A stretch of DNA of 64,000 bases from a virus. The stretch lies in IMG/VR virus record IMGVR_UViG_3300049049_000237, positions 16,003 to 80,002 of that record; one strand, written 5' to 3'. Shown one piece after another: positions 1 to 8,320 of the stretch; position 1 is the stretch's first letter; each line of letters starts with the position of its first letter. The position numbers and the translations under genes were made by a program. The notes under the pieces are model-generated. The model was given only the letters and a program-made list of their open reading frames with translations. It ran no database searches and had not been told where the DNA came from.

Positions 1-271
1 GCGGATCGCCGGGGAGCTCGCGTGCCCACGCCCACTGGAGCGCCGCGATGATCTTGCCCATGTGGTAGTAGTTGTTGTCGACGCCGAGGATGGCGAAGCG
101 CATCTCCTTCTTCGGGATGCGCGCTGCCGTGAAGCCGCCGTGCTCGCGGTGCAGGATGGGAGGCCGTCCCGTCTTCGCGTCCCAGAACCAGTTGTCGTGT
201 CCGACGTCCGGCTCCTGCTCGTACATCTTGAGGTAGGTCTCTTCGAGCTTGATGTCGCGGGGGTGGGGCAC
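1..271 (-). CDS. Hypothetical protein, runs off the window (MPHPRDIKLEETYLK...)
   Basis: My translation from GTG at 271, directly after the stop of the 275..1243 gene; open to position 1. Confidence 0.6.
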   Translation of the reverse strand, partial: MPHPRDIKLEETYLKMYEQEPDVGHDNWFWDAKTGRPPILHREHGGFTAARIPKKEMRFAILGVDNNYYHMGKIIAALQWAWARELPGDP

Positions 272-274
272 GGG

Positions 275-1243
275 TCAGCTCCTGGTCAGGTTCTGTAGAG
301 CAGCACGCAACTTATTCTTGTCCTGCTCCTCCCTGTCAAGAACAACCTGCATGGTGTCACGGTCGATGAGCTGATTGAGCCGACCTTCGATCACCATCCG
401 CAGCACGTTCGGCGGCAGAGCGTCCACCTCCCAGGACGAGTAGCCGTGCTTCTTCACGAACTTGGCTGCGCGGCTGTCCGAGAGCTTCGCCGGGTTCGGC
501 GGCGGATCGTACTTCTTCACCTGCGGCATGGTGAGCGCCAGCTTCTCGACGGTGAGGTCGATCTCCCGGCGGTTGTTCATCCGCTCGATCTCGTCATCGT
601 TGCCGAACTCGACCGACAGATCGTCGACCATGTCACCGCGGTTGATGTACTCGTCGAGGCGCTCGTCGATGTCCCGCACCATGTCCTCACCGCTCGGGTC
701 CAGGTCGCCGAGGTAGAGGATGTTCGCCGCGCCCGTGTTCATCATCTCGCACTGACGGCGGATGCGATCGCCAGCGTCCTTCATGGCCGACGTGGAGCTG
801 TAGCCACGGTTGACCATCAGGGTGATGTGGTACTTGTTCGCGATGGGCCAGAGCACGCCCGCGAGCGCGTCCTTCTCGACCCAGAGCTCCACGTACCGAT
901 CCTGGCCCTGCTGACGGGGCAACCGGTACGAGTAGAGCGCGGCGTCCACGAGGTCCTTCAGCGACTCGAACTCGCTCGGCTTCTGTGGACGACGAACACG
1001 ATCTTCGATGGCGTCCCAGTCGAGCAGGCCACCACGCCGAGCTCGGGACACGATCGTGCCGATGTTCTTGTACGACTTCTCCTCGTTCGGGATGAGGTCG
1101 CGGGAGACGAGCTGGTAGTAGAGCTGGCGCAGCGTGAGCTTCAGGTTCTGCTGGGAGTAGTCCTCGACGATCTCGATGATGGTCTCCAACAGGATCTTCG
1201 ACTGGGCCGACGGGCGGTAGGACTCGTACTGGATGCGGGCCAT
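275..1243 (-). CDS. Winged-helix + TOPRIM protein (TopoVI-A / DUF2399 / JetD-like nuclease)
   Basis: LTLRQLYYQL helix-turn motif, ELWVEKDAL, NRGYSS, ILYLGDLDPSG (DxD). Confidence 0.75.
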   Translation of the reverse strand: MARIQYESYRPSAQSKILLETIIEIVEDYSQQNLKLTLRQLYYQLVSRDLIPNEEKSYKNIGTIVSRARRGGLLDWDAIEDRVRRPQKPSEFESLKDLVDAALYSYRLPRQQGQDRYVELWVEKDALAGVLWPIANKYHITLMVNRGYSSTSAMKDAGDRIRRQCEMMNTGAANILYLGDLDPSGEDMVRDIDERLDEYINRGDMVDDLSVEFGNDDEIERMNNRREIDLTVEKLALTMPQVKKYDPPPNPAKLSDSRAAKFVKKHGYSSWEVDALPPNVLRMVIEGRLNQLIDRDTMQVVLDREEQDKNKLRAALQNLTRS

Positions 1244-1292
1244 GTGGTTCTCCGTTCGTGTTAGCGCATGCGCCGGACGCGAGCCTATCTTG

Positions 1293-1305
1293 CAAGATTA
1301 TGTTG
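1293..1305. promoter_or_regulatory. Near-palindromic operator-like site CAAGATTATGTTG (CATAAT on the minus strand)
   Basis: Same motif at 4753 and 5287, all intergenic and upstream of minus-strand starts. Confidence 0.5.
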
Positions 1306-1330
1306 AGCAAGCTCACATCGTTCACTAGGC

Positions 1331-1367
1331 AAAAGAAAACGGCGACCCTCCGAAGAGAGCCGCCGTT
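1331..1367 (-). terminator. Intrinsic terminator
   Basis: AACGGCGGCTCTC-TTCG-GAGGGTCGCCGTT followed by TTCTTTT on the minus strand. Confidence 0.8.
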
Positions 1368-1385
1368 CGATCGAGCTGTCGCTGT

Positions 1386-2429
1386 TCAGTCGCCGAGATG
1401 ATCCGAGATCCAGTCGAGGATCATCGCCGTGCTCTGTGGACCGGTCTCGTGCAGCGGCAGCGAGTGGCCCGTGTTCGGGATGATGCGCACGTCGAGGATG
1501 CCGGGCTGCCAGTACGGAGCTTCGAGCGCTTCGACGTTCGCCTGCGTGCACACGATGCCATCGGGACCATCACACGTCGTGTTGTCGTGCTCGCCGAGCA
1601 CGAGAAGCGTCGGAACCTGCACGCCGAGAGCTCGATCACCCGCCTCCACCGCACGACCCGTCATCGGAGACCACACGAGCGGGATGCTCTGCTGTACGAG
1701 CAGTCCGGAGACGAACGAGGATGCGACGAGATCATCGGCGGCGATCGTCTGCTGCCTCGCCCCAGGCACGTAGTAGAAGAGCTCGTCACGCCATCCAGGC
1801 TGGGTGGCGACGTAGCCGGGATCGAGACCACGATCACTCCATCGCGGATCGAGGTATGCAGGAGCGATCGCGTGCATCACGTTCTCCAAGAACGAGGTGC
1901 GCGTCATGTGCGTGAGCCCGGTCAGCACCAGCAGATCGATGTCGTCGCGCGCCGTCGTGCCTGCGATTCCCCATCCATAGGCGCTCGTCAGCGAGTTGCC
2001 GACGTAGACGACGTTGTCGAACGCAGCACCTCCGATCTCACCAGCGCGCAGCTTCCGCACGAGCTGCACGAGCGTGTCCTCGACCACCGAGAGCGTGACC
2101 TCGATGCTCGGCGGCGTGTACGACTGGCCGATGCCGTAGCGATCGATGTTCAGTGTCGCGAAGCCCGCCTGCGTGGCATCCCACACGAACGAGTGGAAGC
2201 CGCGTCGCATCGGGAAGTCGAAGTACGAGTGATCGTACCCGGTGCCGTGCACCGTCAGCAGCGCCGTCTCGGGCACGCCACCGCATGCCGGCAGACACAG
2301 CTCTGCGTAGACGTAGGCGTCCGGGTGACCATCCACGTCCACCGGCACGTTGAAGGACTCGCATCGTGGCGAGGCGAACGCCGTCGAGGCGAACAGGCTG
2401 AGTAGGAACGCGAGCAGGATGCTTCTCAT
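1386..2429 (-). CDS. Secreted alpha/beta hydrolase
   Basis: Signal peptide (..STAFA), VHGTGYDHSYFD, NIDRYGIGQS, nucleophile elbow GNSLTS, GEHD, TGHSLPLH. Confidence 0.8.
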   Translation of the reverse strand: MRSILLAFLLSLFASTAFASPRCESFNVPVDVDGHPDAYVYAELCLPACGGVPETALLTVHGTGYDHSYFDFPMRRGFHSFVWDATQAGFATLNIDRYGIGQSYTPPSIEVTLSVVEDTLVQLVRKLRAGEIGGAAFDNVVYVGNSLTSAYGWGIAGTTARDDIDLLVLTGLTHMTRTSFLENVMHAIAPAYLDPRWSDRGLDPGYVATQPGWRDELFYYVPGARQQTIAADDLVASSFVSGLLVQQSIPLVWSPMTGRAVEAGDRALGVQVPTLLVLGEHDNTTCDGPDGIVCTQANVEALEAPYWQPGILDVRIIPNTGHSLPLHETGPQSTAMILDWISDHLGD

Positions 2430-2588
2430 GTTGATTCCTCCGTTGGGGACCGTGAGCCTAAGCTAACAAGGTGGTGGGTATCTACCATACCTTTGATAGC
2501 CGAAAAGCAAGTAGAACTACAAGTGCACTCGTGTTCATCTTGTAGTCAACAGGCAAAAGAAAGAGCGAGCTCGTGCCCGCCCCCTCCT

Positions 2589-2798
2589 TCATCCTCTGTG
2601 CGCCGGAAGCACCGTGAACTGGGCGAGCGTCTGCCCGCCCACAACACGTTGTACCTCCGCAGCCCTCTTCGTTCGGAAGCGCGTCGCCAGCTCCCTCGTC
2701 TTGTACCAACCGCTCCGTAGGCCATCGCGCCCTTGGATGTGTAGGTAGAGACGCTCGCGACAATCGTCACGAACTACAACATAACCTGCGCGCATCAT
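2589..2798 (-). CDS. Hypothetical protein
   Basis: Coupled ORF (ATGA overlap). Confidence 0.5.
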   Translation of the reverse strand: MMRAGYVVVRDDCRERLYLHIQGRDGLRSGWYKTRELATRFRTKRAAEVQRVVGGQTLAQFTVLPAHRG

Positions 2799-3283
2799 CT
2801 CTTGAGCGGTACGCGGAAGGTGCTTCGGCAGGGTTCGAGGAGACGCGTGGTCACGCTCCCGTCCCTGCCGTAGATGGAGCGCCCGTCACAGCCCACGCAG
2901 CGAACGTGACCACAACCCAGCGACACGATGGTGTGCCCCTTCAGCCGCGCCTCCTTGTGGATGTTCCAGAACGCCGTTCTGGAGAAGATGATGTCGGTTT
3001 CCTGCACCGCGTCGCGGTACTGCTGCTCGGTGATCTCACCCAGCTCCCGAGCAACGTCCTTCGCCGCATCCTCGTAGGAGGACCAGGCGGGCATGGTGCT
3101 GAGCTTCGCCCGGACGAGGTTGTCGTCTTCGATGGTCATCGGCGGGAAGACCTGCCGTGCGATCTCAGGCGTGCCGTCATCAAGCCGAGCCGTGGAGGGG
3201 ACGGAGACCGTAGCCCTGTCCCCGGGCCTGAGCTTCAAGCAGCGCTCCAGCGCTTCACGGATGCGTTCGGCTGCCGTCGTCAT
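2795..3283 (-). CDS. Hypothetical protein with C-terminal CGH/CxxC
   Basis: Start re-placed at MTTAAER; CGHVRCVGC. Confidence 0.6.
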   Translation of the reverse strand: MTTAAERIREALERCLKLRPGDRATVSVPSTARLDDGTPEIARQVFPPMTIEDDNLVRAKLSTMPAWSSYEDAAKDVARELGEITEQQYRDAVQETDIIFSRTAFWNIHKEARLKGHTIVSLGCGHVRCVGCDGRSIYGRDGSVTTRLLEPCRSTFRVPLKR

Positions 3284-3374
3284 CGCGCCCAGTACCCGAG
3301 GAAGAAGGCCAGGACGTGGGTGACGATGAGGGCAGCCGTGCCCCAGAACATGATGTCGCTCTTCTGGCTGATGT

Positions 3375-3563
3375 TCATCTCGAAGCCTCTTTGGCCTTGG
3401 CCGCGAGCTCAGCACGACGCATCCCGGTACGACAACGCTGGCAGTTCACAGCGTTCGGGTCCGTGGTCGTGAGGAGCTTGCCGACCAGCCCGCACTTCGT
3501 GCCGCGGCCATGCGCCAGATGGGTAGCCTTGCCAGGAAACGACGCGGTGATCTTGTTGTTCAT
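3375..3563 (-). CDS. Small Cys/His protein
   Basis: THLAH..KCG..VNCQRC. Confidence 0.55.
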   Translation of the reverse strand: MNNKITASFPGKATHLAHGRGTKCGLVGKLLTTTDPNAVNCQRCRTGMRRAELAAKAKEASR

Positions 3564-3992
3564 CTACTCAGTAACCTCGGTGTTCGGCGATCCACTGTCC
3601 TCCAGCACACCGTTGACGAGAGACTCGACCACTTCGCCAGCATCGAGCCCGTCCCTCTCGCATGCCGAATGAAGGGCTTCTTCGAGCAGGTCCTCTTCTG
3701 CCGAGTGTGACGGTGCACGGAGGTAAGCACGCGCAATGCTGAGTACGTAGAGGTTCGGCTTGCGCTTATCGTCGTGTTTCTCTTGCTGGGCCTCCGTACC
3801 CAGCTCTTCCTGCCAGGTGGCCCACAGCAGCTCAGCAGCTTCATCTGCCCGAGAGCGCCGAGTGACCTTGGACTTGTACTTGATGGAGTACCCACCAGAG
3901 ATGCCCTTCGAGAGGGCAAGGTTCTTGGTGAGGTGGATAACGGTGCCGCGCTTCACCGCGTGAAGTAGCGCGACGATCAGCTTCTGCGTCAT
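3564..3992 (-). CDS. Hypothetical protein
   Basis: Coupled ORF; contains a module shared with 4268..4405. Confidence 0.65.
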   Translation of the reverse strand: MTQKLIVALLHAVKRGTVIHLTKNLALSKGISGGYSIKYKSKVTRRSRADEAAELLWATWQEELGTEAQQEKHDDKRKPNLYVLSIARAYLRAPSHSAEEDLLEEALHSACERDGLDAGEVVESLVNGVLEDSGSPNTEVTE

Positions 3993-4261
3993 CGGTCGTA
4001 TTCCTCGTCCGTGTTGATTCCCAGCTCGTGCCGCAGCTCGTCGATAAGTTCCGCAAGCTCGATACCGCGCCCACCCGCGGCATGGAACTCAACAGTCAGC
4101 TCACGAAGCTGCTCCCACCGAGGATCGTCGTTCTCCAGCAGGTACTGGATCTGAGCATCCCGGCCGCTGTTGTTGATGTCGGCTGCTTCGGCGGTCTTGG
4201 CTTCCAGCACCGCCTCGTCCAGCTCTTCTTGGGACAGCTTCTCCAACTCTTCGCGCTTCAT
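3989..4261 (-). CDS. Acidic helical hypothetical protein
   Basis: ATGA overlap; GC3-rich codons. Confidence 0.65.
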   Translation of the reverse strand: MKREELEKLSQEELDEAVLEAKTAEAADINNSGRDAQIQYLLENDDPRWEQLRELTVEFHAAGGRGIELAELIDELRHELGINTDEEYDR

Positions 4262-4267
4262 GTTAGG

Positions 4268-4405
4268 TCACCGTGCTTCGGGATGTTCTTCTCGCCAGGC
4301 GGCCCACAGCATGTCGGCGGCTTCGTTGGTCAGCATCGTCACGTCGAGCTTCGACTTGTGCTTGATGCTGTACAGCCCAGACGTGCTTCGGGCGACCGTC
4401 TTCAT
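4268..4405 (-). CDS. 45-aa protein paralogous to part of 3564..3992
   Basis: My translation MKTVARSTSGLYSIKHKSKLDVTMLTNEAADMLWAAWREEHPEAR; GGAG upstream; below the ORF-track cutoff. Confidence 0.65.
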   Translation of the reverse strand: MKTVARSTSGLYSIKHKSKLDVTMLTNEAADMLWAAWREEHPEAR

Positions 4406-4565
4406 GGCGCATCTCCCTGCTCGAAGGTTCCGGGACACGTGCCGTGCTCACTGCGCCGATACAGCCGCTGCTTGGCGACATGACGGCGCGGCCGACCGTT
4501 CTTCGAGGCCACGATCAGCCGACCGCACGCAACACAGGCGACGCGCACCGGTTCAGGCTTCTTCT

Positions 4566-4745
4566 TCACTCCCAACGCCCCGTGCGCTTGAAGCGCTCCA
4601 CCATCCTCGCAGGCTGGGGAACGATCACCGCGTTGATGTCGCCGCCGTTCTCGGCCGTGTAGCTGAGACGCCGGCGAAGTATCTCCTTGGCCAGACGTTC
4701 CGCCTTCCTACGTAACTGGCGGCGCTTCCTGCTCTCGGCGCTCAT
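4566..4745 (-). CDS. Small basic protein
   Basis: My translation MSAESRKRRQLRRKAERLAKE...; GAGGTGGT SD. Confidence 0.55.
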   Translation of the reverse strand: MSAESRKRRQLRRKAERLAKEILRRRLSYTAENGGDINAVIVPQPARMVERFKRTGRWE

Positions 4746-4752
4746 ACCACCT

Positions 4753-4765
4753 CAAGATTATGTAG
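4753..4765. promoter_or_regulatory. Operator-like site CAAGATTATGTAG
   Basis: 11-mer identical to the 1293 copy; 7 bp upstream of the 4745 start. Confidence 0.5.
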
Positions 4766-4789
4766 GGCGTGGATGCCCTGTCTCCCCTA

Positions 4790-4797
4790 CTGATAGG
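4790..4797 (-). promoter_or_regulatory. CCTATCAG promoter-like motif
   Basis: Member of a recurring intergenic motif family. Confidence 0.55.
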
Positions 4798-5088
4798 TCA
4801 GACCTTGAGCACCGCATCCACAGCGAAGTGCTCAAGCACCACGTGCTGGGAGATGACCACGGACCTGCTGTCGTCCTGGGTGACGATGTCCACCCGCTCC
4901 ACCACGTATCCCTCGGGCACCGGCAGGCGAGAGAAGTCAGCGGACATCAGGTTGACGATCCAGTCCTGGAAGTTCGCCTCGGGCTGCTCATCACCAGGGT
5001 CCCGGCCCACGATGATGTGCGTGTGGCGAACCGCCGGCTGGGGAACAGCCCACCGTGCGTGGAACTCCTCGAACGTCGGCTTCTTCAT
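4798..5088 (-). CDS. Hypothetical protein
   Basis: Coupled ORF. Confidence 0.6.
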   Translation of the reverse strand: MKKPTFEEFHARWAVPQPAVRHTHIIVGRDPGDEQPEANFQDWIVNLMSADFSRLPVPEGYVVERVDIVTQDDSRSVVISQHVVLEHFAVDAVLKV

Positions 5089-5282
5089 GCCTTCTCCTTG
5101 GCAGCCACCATCTGCTCCAGCTCCGTGACGTACTCGTACAGCTCGATGGAGCGATCGTTCAGCACGTTGTCCAGCATCATCATGCGTTCACGGTCCTCGG
5201 CCCGATAGTAACGGCGGTAGCGCTCACAGAGCTCACGTCGCTCCTTGATGAGAGCGCTCAGCTCCTCGTACTTGTTGCTCAT
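5085..5282 (-). CDS. Small coiled-coil protein
   Basis: First gene after the terminator/operator block. Confidence 0.65.
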   Translation of the reverse strand: MSNKYEELSALIKERRELCERYRRYYRAEDRERMMMLDNVLNDRSIELYEYVTELEQMVAAKEKA

Positions 5283-5286
5283 ACAC

Positions 5287-5299
5287 CAACATTATGTTG
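5287..5299. promoter_or_regulatory. Palindromic site CAACAT-T-ATGTTG
   Basis: Perfect 6-bp inverted repeat with a 1-nt spacer, 5 bp upstream of the 5282 start. Confidence 0.55.
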
Positions 5300-5321
5300 A
5301 ATGTGGACGCACTGCTAGCGC

Positions 5322-5360
5322 AAAAGGCGAAGCCCGCTCCAGTTGCCTGGAACGGGCTCC
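5322..5360 (-). terminator. Intrinsic terminator
   Basis: GGAGCCCGTTCCAG-GCAA-CTGGAGCGGGCTTC then GCCTTTT. Confidence 0.75.
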
Positions 5361-5383
5361 GTTGTTGACACCGAGCGAGATGC

Positions 5384-6076
5384 TCAGCTCGGGTCGACCT
5401 CGTAGAAGAGGGCGTAGTCACGCGCACCGTCCGGGGCCGAGGCGGGCGTGTACAGCGACACGGGGCAGCTCGCCGGGTTGGTGATGGTGCCCGTGGTGAC
5501 GACCGCACCCACCGCGATCTGGCGGATGGCAGCGATGAGGCCCGCACGCGACTTCACCTTCGCGCTCAGACCGATGGCCGCACCGAAGCCGAACTCCAGC
5601 GCGCCAGCCGCACCGCCCATCGCCGGCACTTCGATCTCCTCGACGATCGACAGGGGCGAGGCACCCGCATCGGTCGCACCGCCGCCGTTGGTGGTGTTGA
5701 TGGTGACCTCGTGGTCGACGAGATCGCCATCCGCATTGCGCAGCTTGCCGCGGAACACGACCGCGACCGCCGTCACGTGGGCGTTCGTGGTGGAGGTGAC
5801 CGTGGGGTTGCGGGGCGGGACCATCTCGTCCTCACCCACGACACCGTTGAGGTCCGTGCCGCTGAACGTGCGCAGCGACGCAGCCGTCGCGATCGAGGTC
5901 TTGATCGCGTCGACGTCCGCGGCCGCGGGGTTGGTGAACTCGTCGGTGCGGCAGTAGCCGCCCTGCGATTCGAGCGTGTCGAACGCGGACTTCACGTCGG
6001 CACGCAGATCCGCGACCTCGCCCTTGTTCAGGTGCGGGACCGCGGGGCCCTTCTTGACGAACGGGTTGTGACTCAT
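5384..6076 (-). CDS. Probable virion structural (decoration-like) protein
   Basis: Ala/Gly/Thr-rich beta-type sequence (AADVDAI..PRNPTVT..FGFGAAIGL); start re-placed at MSHNPF; own terminator. Confidence 0.5.
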   Translation of the reverse strand: MSHNPFVKKGPAVPHLNKGEVADLRADVKSAFDTLESQGGYCRTDEFTNPAAADVDAIKTSIATAASLRTFSGTDLNGVVGEDEMVPPRNPTVTSTTNAHVTAVAVVFRGKLRNADGDLVDHEVTINTTNGGGATDAGASPLSIVEEIEVPAMGGAAGALEFGFGAAIGLSAKVKSRAGLIAAIRQIAVGAVVTTGTITNPASCPVSLYTPASAPDGARDYALFYEVDPS

Positions 6077-6175
6077 CGGGTGCTCCTTGGTGGGAGAGGA
6101 CTGGACCCACGTAGGGTACCACCCCGACCACGACGCAAAGAAATGGAAGCGCCACGTGGGCGCCTCCATCTCCGC

Positions 6176-6511
6176 TCACTTCCGCATGAAGCGGAACGTC
6201 GTGTGCTCGATGATCACCGTGATGACCGCATCCGCCGGTCGGTTGTCGAGGAAGAGGTCGGTGGGCGAGGGATCCCACTCGACATCGTCCGCCGTCGCCC
6301 ACGTGATGAGGTTCCAGCGGTGCTTGACGTCGAGGAGAGGCTCCGAGCCATCCGCATCGGCGTGCACGAGCTTGCCGACGTACTTCTTGCCCGCCCCGTA
6401 GCGCAGCTCGACCGGGTGCTCTTTCGCGCGATCGAGCTTGCCCTCCGCATCGAGCTGCGCCTCGATCTCGAACACCACCGAACCACCGAGCGCCGAGTAC
6501 GTGTACTTCAT
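6176..6511 (-). CDS. Hypothetical, possibly structural, beta-rich protein
   Basis: Start re-placed at MKYTYS; lies directly upstream of 5384..6076. Confidence 0.55.
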   Translation of the reverse strand: MKYTYSALGGSVVFEIEAQLDAEGKLDRAKEHPVELRYGAGKKYVGKLVHADADGSEPLLDVKHRWNLITWATADDVEWDPSPTDLFLDNRPADAVITVIIEHTTFRFMRK

Positions 6512-6984
6512 GTTTGTTTCGTTCCTCTCCATGTCATCGAGTGTTGCTTGCAGAAGGGTGAGTCCTTGAGCTTGGGCCGCCTGCATCGACGAAGCGCCCC
6601 ACCTGTGCTGGCGTTGCGGATCGTCATCGCACACGCCGTGTCGCGCTTCTTGAGCCCCTCGTTGTGCTTCGCGCAGTAGGGGCTGCTGTCTTCCCGCTGG
6701 TTCTGGCAGTCACCAGGCCACAGGCACAGGAGCGGCGAGCGAGGAGGCTCGTTCTCCAGTTCCCGGAACTTGAGCGACATCTTCGCCATCTTGAAGCGCA
6801 TCTGGGCGGTCTCCACCAGCGCCGCCGTGCGCGTGAGGTTGCCCGGAGTGATGGCTGCCTCCGGGTTCTCCTCGTAGTCCATCAGCATGCGCTTGAGGGT
6901 CTCGATGGACGACTTCATGTCGTGCTCGGCCGTGCGCACCTCAGATGCTAGCTGCGCGGTGACGATGTCACGGACGTCGGGCAT
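6508..6984 (-). CDS. Helical protein with two C-terminal Cys/His zinc-knuckle-like repeats
   Basis: CLWPGDCQN..SPYCAKH and CAMT..RCRR..SPFCKQH. Confidence 0.6.
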   Translation of the reverse strand: MPDVRDIVTAQLASEVRTAEHDMKSSIETLKRMLMDYEENPEAAITPGNLTRTAALVETAQMRFKMAKMSLKFRELENEPPRSPLLCLWPGDCQNQREDSSPYCAKHNEGLKKRDTACAMTIRNASTGGALRRCRRPKLKDSPFCKQHSMTWRGTKQT

Positions 6985-7144
6985 CGGGATCTCCTGCGAG
7001 TGCGAGACAGAAGGACAGCAGCGACGCGAGGGCGAAGGGCTTGGCCGCCGCATAGTGCCCGACGTACGCGCAGACCATCGCGACGTAGCCCAGCACCATC
7101 GTGATCATGATGAACAGGAGCCACGTGAACCATGCGCGACTCAT
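6968..7144 (-). CDS. Small two-TM membrane protein
   Basis: MSRAWFTWLLFIMITMVLGYVAMV..FALASLLSFCLAL. Confidence 0.55.
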   Translation of the reverse strand: MSRAWFTWLLFIMITMVLGYVAMVCAYVGHYAAAKPFALASLLSFCLALAGDPDARRP

Positions 7145-7413
7145 TCCGGGCTCCAACGCACCGGTACACACTTCCAGGGGTCGACGCCCACGCCGCCAGC
7201 ACCACCTGCACCGCTCTTGGAGATGTCGGGCTCCTCGTTCTTGAACCCGGGCAGGAAGCGCACGCCCACCGTGTTGACGATCGCAGGGCGCCACACCATC
7301 CCGCAGGTCTGACACGCATGCGTGTGGTGCGGACGCGTGGCGAACTCGCCCTCGTCGATGTGACGCCTGTTGCATGCCGGGCACGTGAGGATCATCGGGA
7401 TCGGCTCGCTCAC
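7141..7413 (-). CDS. Zinc-ribbon phage protein
   Basis: CPACNRRHID..HTHACQTCG..WRPA. Confidence 0.65.
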   Translation of the reverse strand: MSEPIPMILTCPACNRRHIDEGEFATRPHHTHACQTCGMVWRPAIVNTVGVRFLPGFKNEEPDISKSGAGGAGGVGVDPWKCVPVRWSPE

Positions 7414-7832
7414 TTCTTCCTCGCGTTGTGCATGTTGAGCAGGTTGAGGATGAGCTCGACATCCGGATGAAGCGGTAGCTCGACGTCGATCCAGCACTTC
7501 TTCGGGAAGCGCACCCTACGCGCACGCACGTTGAAGTGGAGACGCGCGTGCTTCGTGGGCTGGTGCACCACGACGGGTATGTTCTTCTCGATGATGTCGC
7601 CCATCAGCCGGCCAGCGCTCTTCACGGAGTAGATGTCCGCGCCGAACTTGCGCCCCCAGATGAGCTCGTCGGTCACGCTCCGAAGGACAAGGCCTCGGAA
7701 GTCTTCCGTGCTTCGATCGGCGACCAACACGACCGACTCGCGCTTCGCGTGCTCAGCACCGACGACGGGGAAGACGCATTCGAGCCCCGCGTGGGCGAAC
7801 AGCTCGGGGATGAACTCCAGCTTCTTGTTCAT
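7410..7832 (-). CDS. Hypothetical protein
   Basis: GTGA/ATGA-coupled ORF from MNKKLE. Confidence 0.6.
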   Translation of the reverse strand: MNKKLEFIPELFAHAGLECVFPVVGAEHAKRESVVLVADRSTEDFRGLVLRSVTDELIWGRKFGADIYSVKSAGRLMGDIIEKNIPVVVHQPTKHARLHFNVRARRVRFPKKCWIDVELPLHPDVELILNLLNMHNARKK

Positions 7833-8101
7833 GCGTCGTCCTTCGGAGGCTTCACCAGCCTCAGCGACCTCTCGGTCTTCACGACCTTCGTCTCCTGCGG
7901 AGCGATGGTCTCGGTCGGTAGGTCTCCCGTGCTCTCCAGCGCCTCGACGGCACGCATCCCTGCACGCCGCGTCGTCATCAAGTTCTCGAACGCCTGCTCG
8001 GGCGTCTTGCCCGCCGAGTACGCGCATCCCTTCGGTGAGTAGAGCGCCGCACGCCACTGGTCACCGGCACGAGTGAACTTGATCGTGAACTCGTCCTTCA
8101 T
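7829..8101 (-). CDS. HicB-like (RNase H-like N-terminal fold) protein
   Basis: beta-beta-beta-helix pattern ..QWRAAL..GCAYSAGKTPEQAFENL. Confidence 0.45.
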   Translation of the reverse strand: MKDEFTIKFTRAGDQWRAALYSPKGCAYSAGKTPEQAFENLMTTRRAGMRAVEALESTGDLPTETIAPQETKVVKTERSLRLVKPPKDDA

Positions 8102-8301
8102 GTCGCCCCCTTGCTCCACCAGGCATCTACTGCCGCAGCGAGCTCACGCTCAGCCACGTCGCGTTCGCCCACGGTCTCGAAGCGAATCTCTACCGTGCGC
8201 GGTCCTGCCACGATGAGCAAGACCGGCCGCGTAGGAGCGCTCCACGAAGACACGTGGGGAACGACGACGTACCTGCTGTTGATGTTCACGACAGGCTTCA
8301 T
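8098..8301 (-). CDS. Hypothetical protein
   Basis: Coupled ORF. Confidence 0.5.
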   Translation of the reverse strand: MKPVVNINSRYVVVPHVSSWSAPTRPVLLIVAGPRTVEIRFETVGERDVAERELAAAVDAWWSKGAT

Positions 8302-8320
8302 GCCTGCCAGCATACCGCGC

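Noticed and set aside
7829-8301. Complete HicAB toxin-antitoxin pair
   Set aside because: Neighbouring ORFs lack the HicA signature
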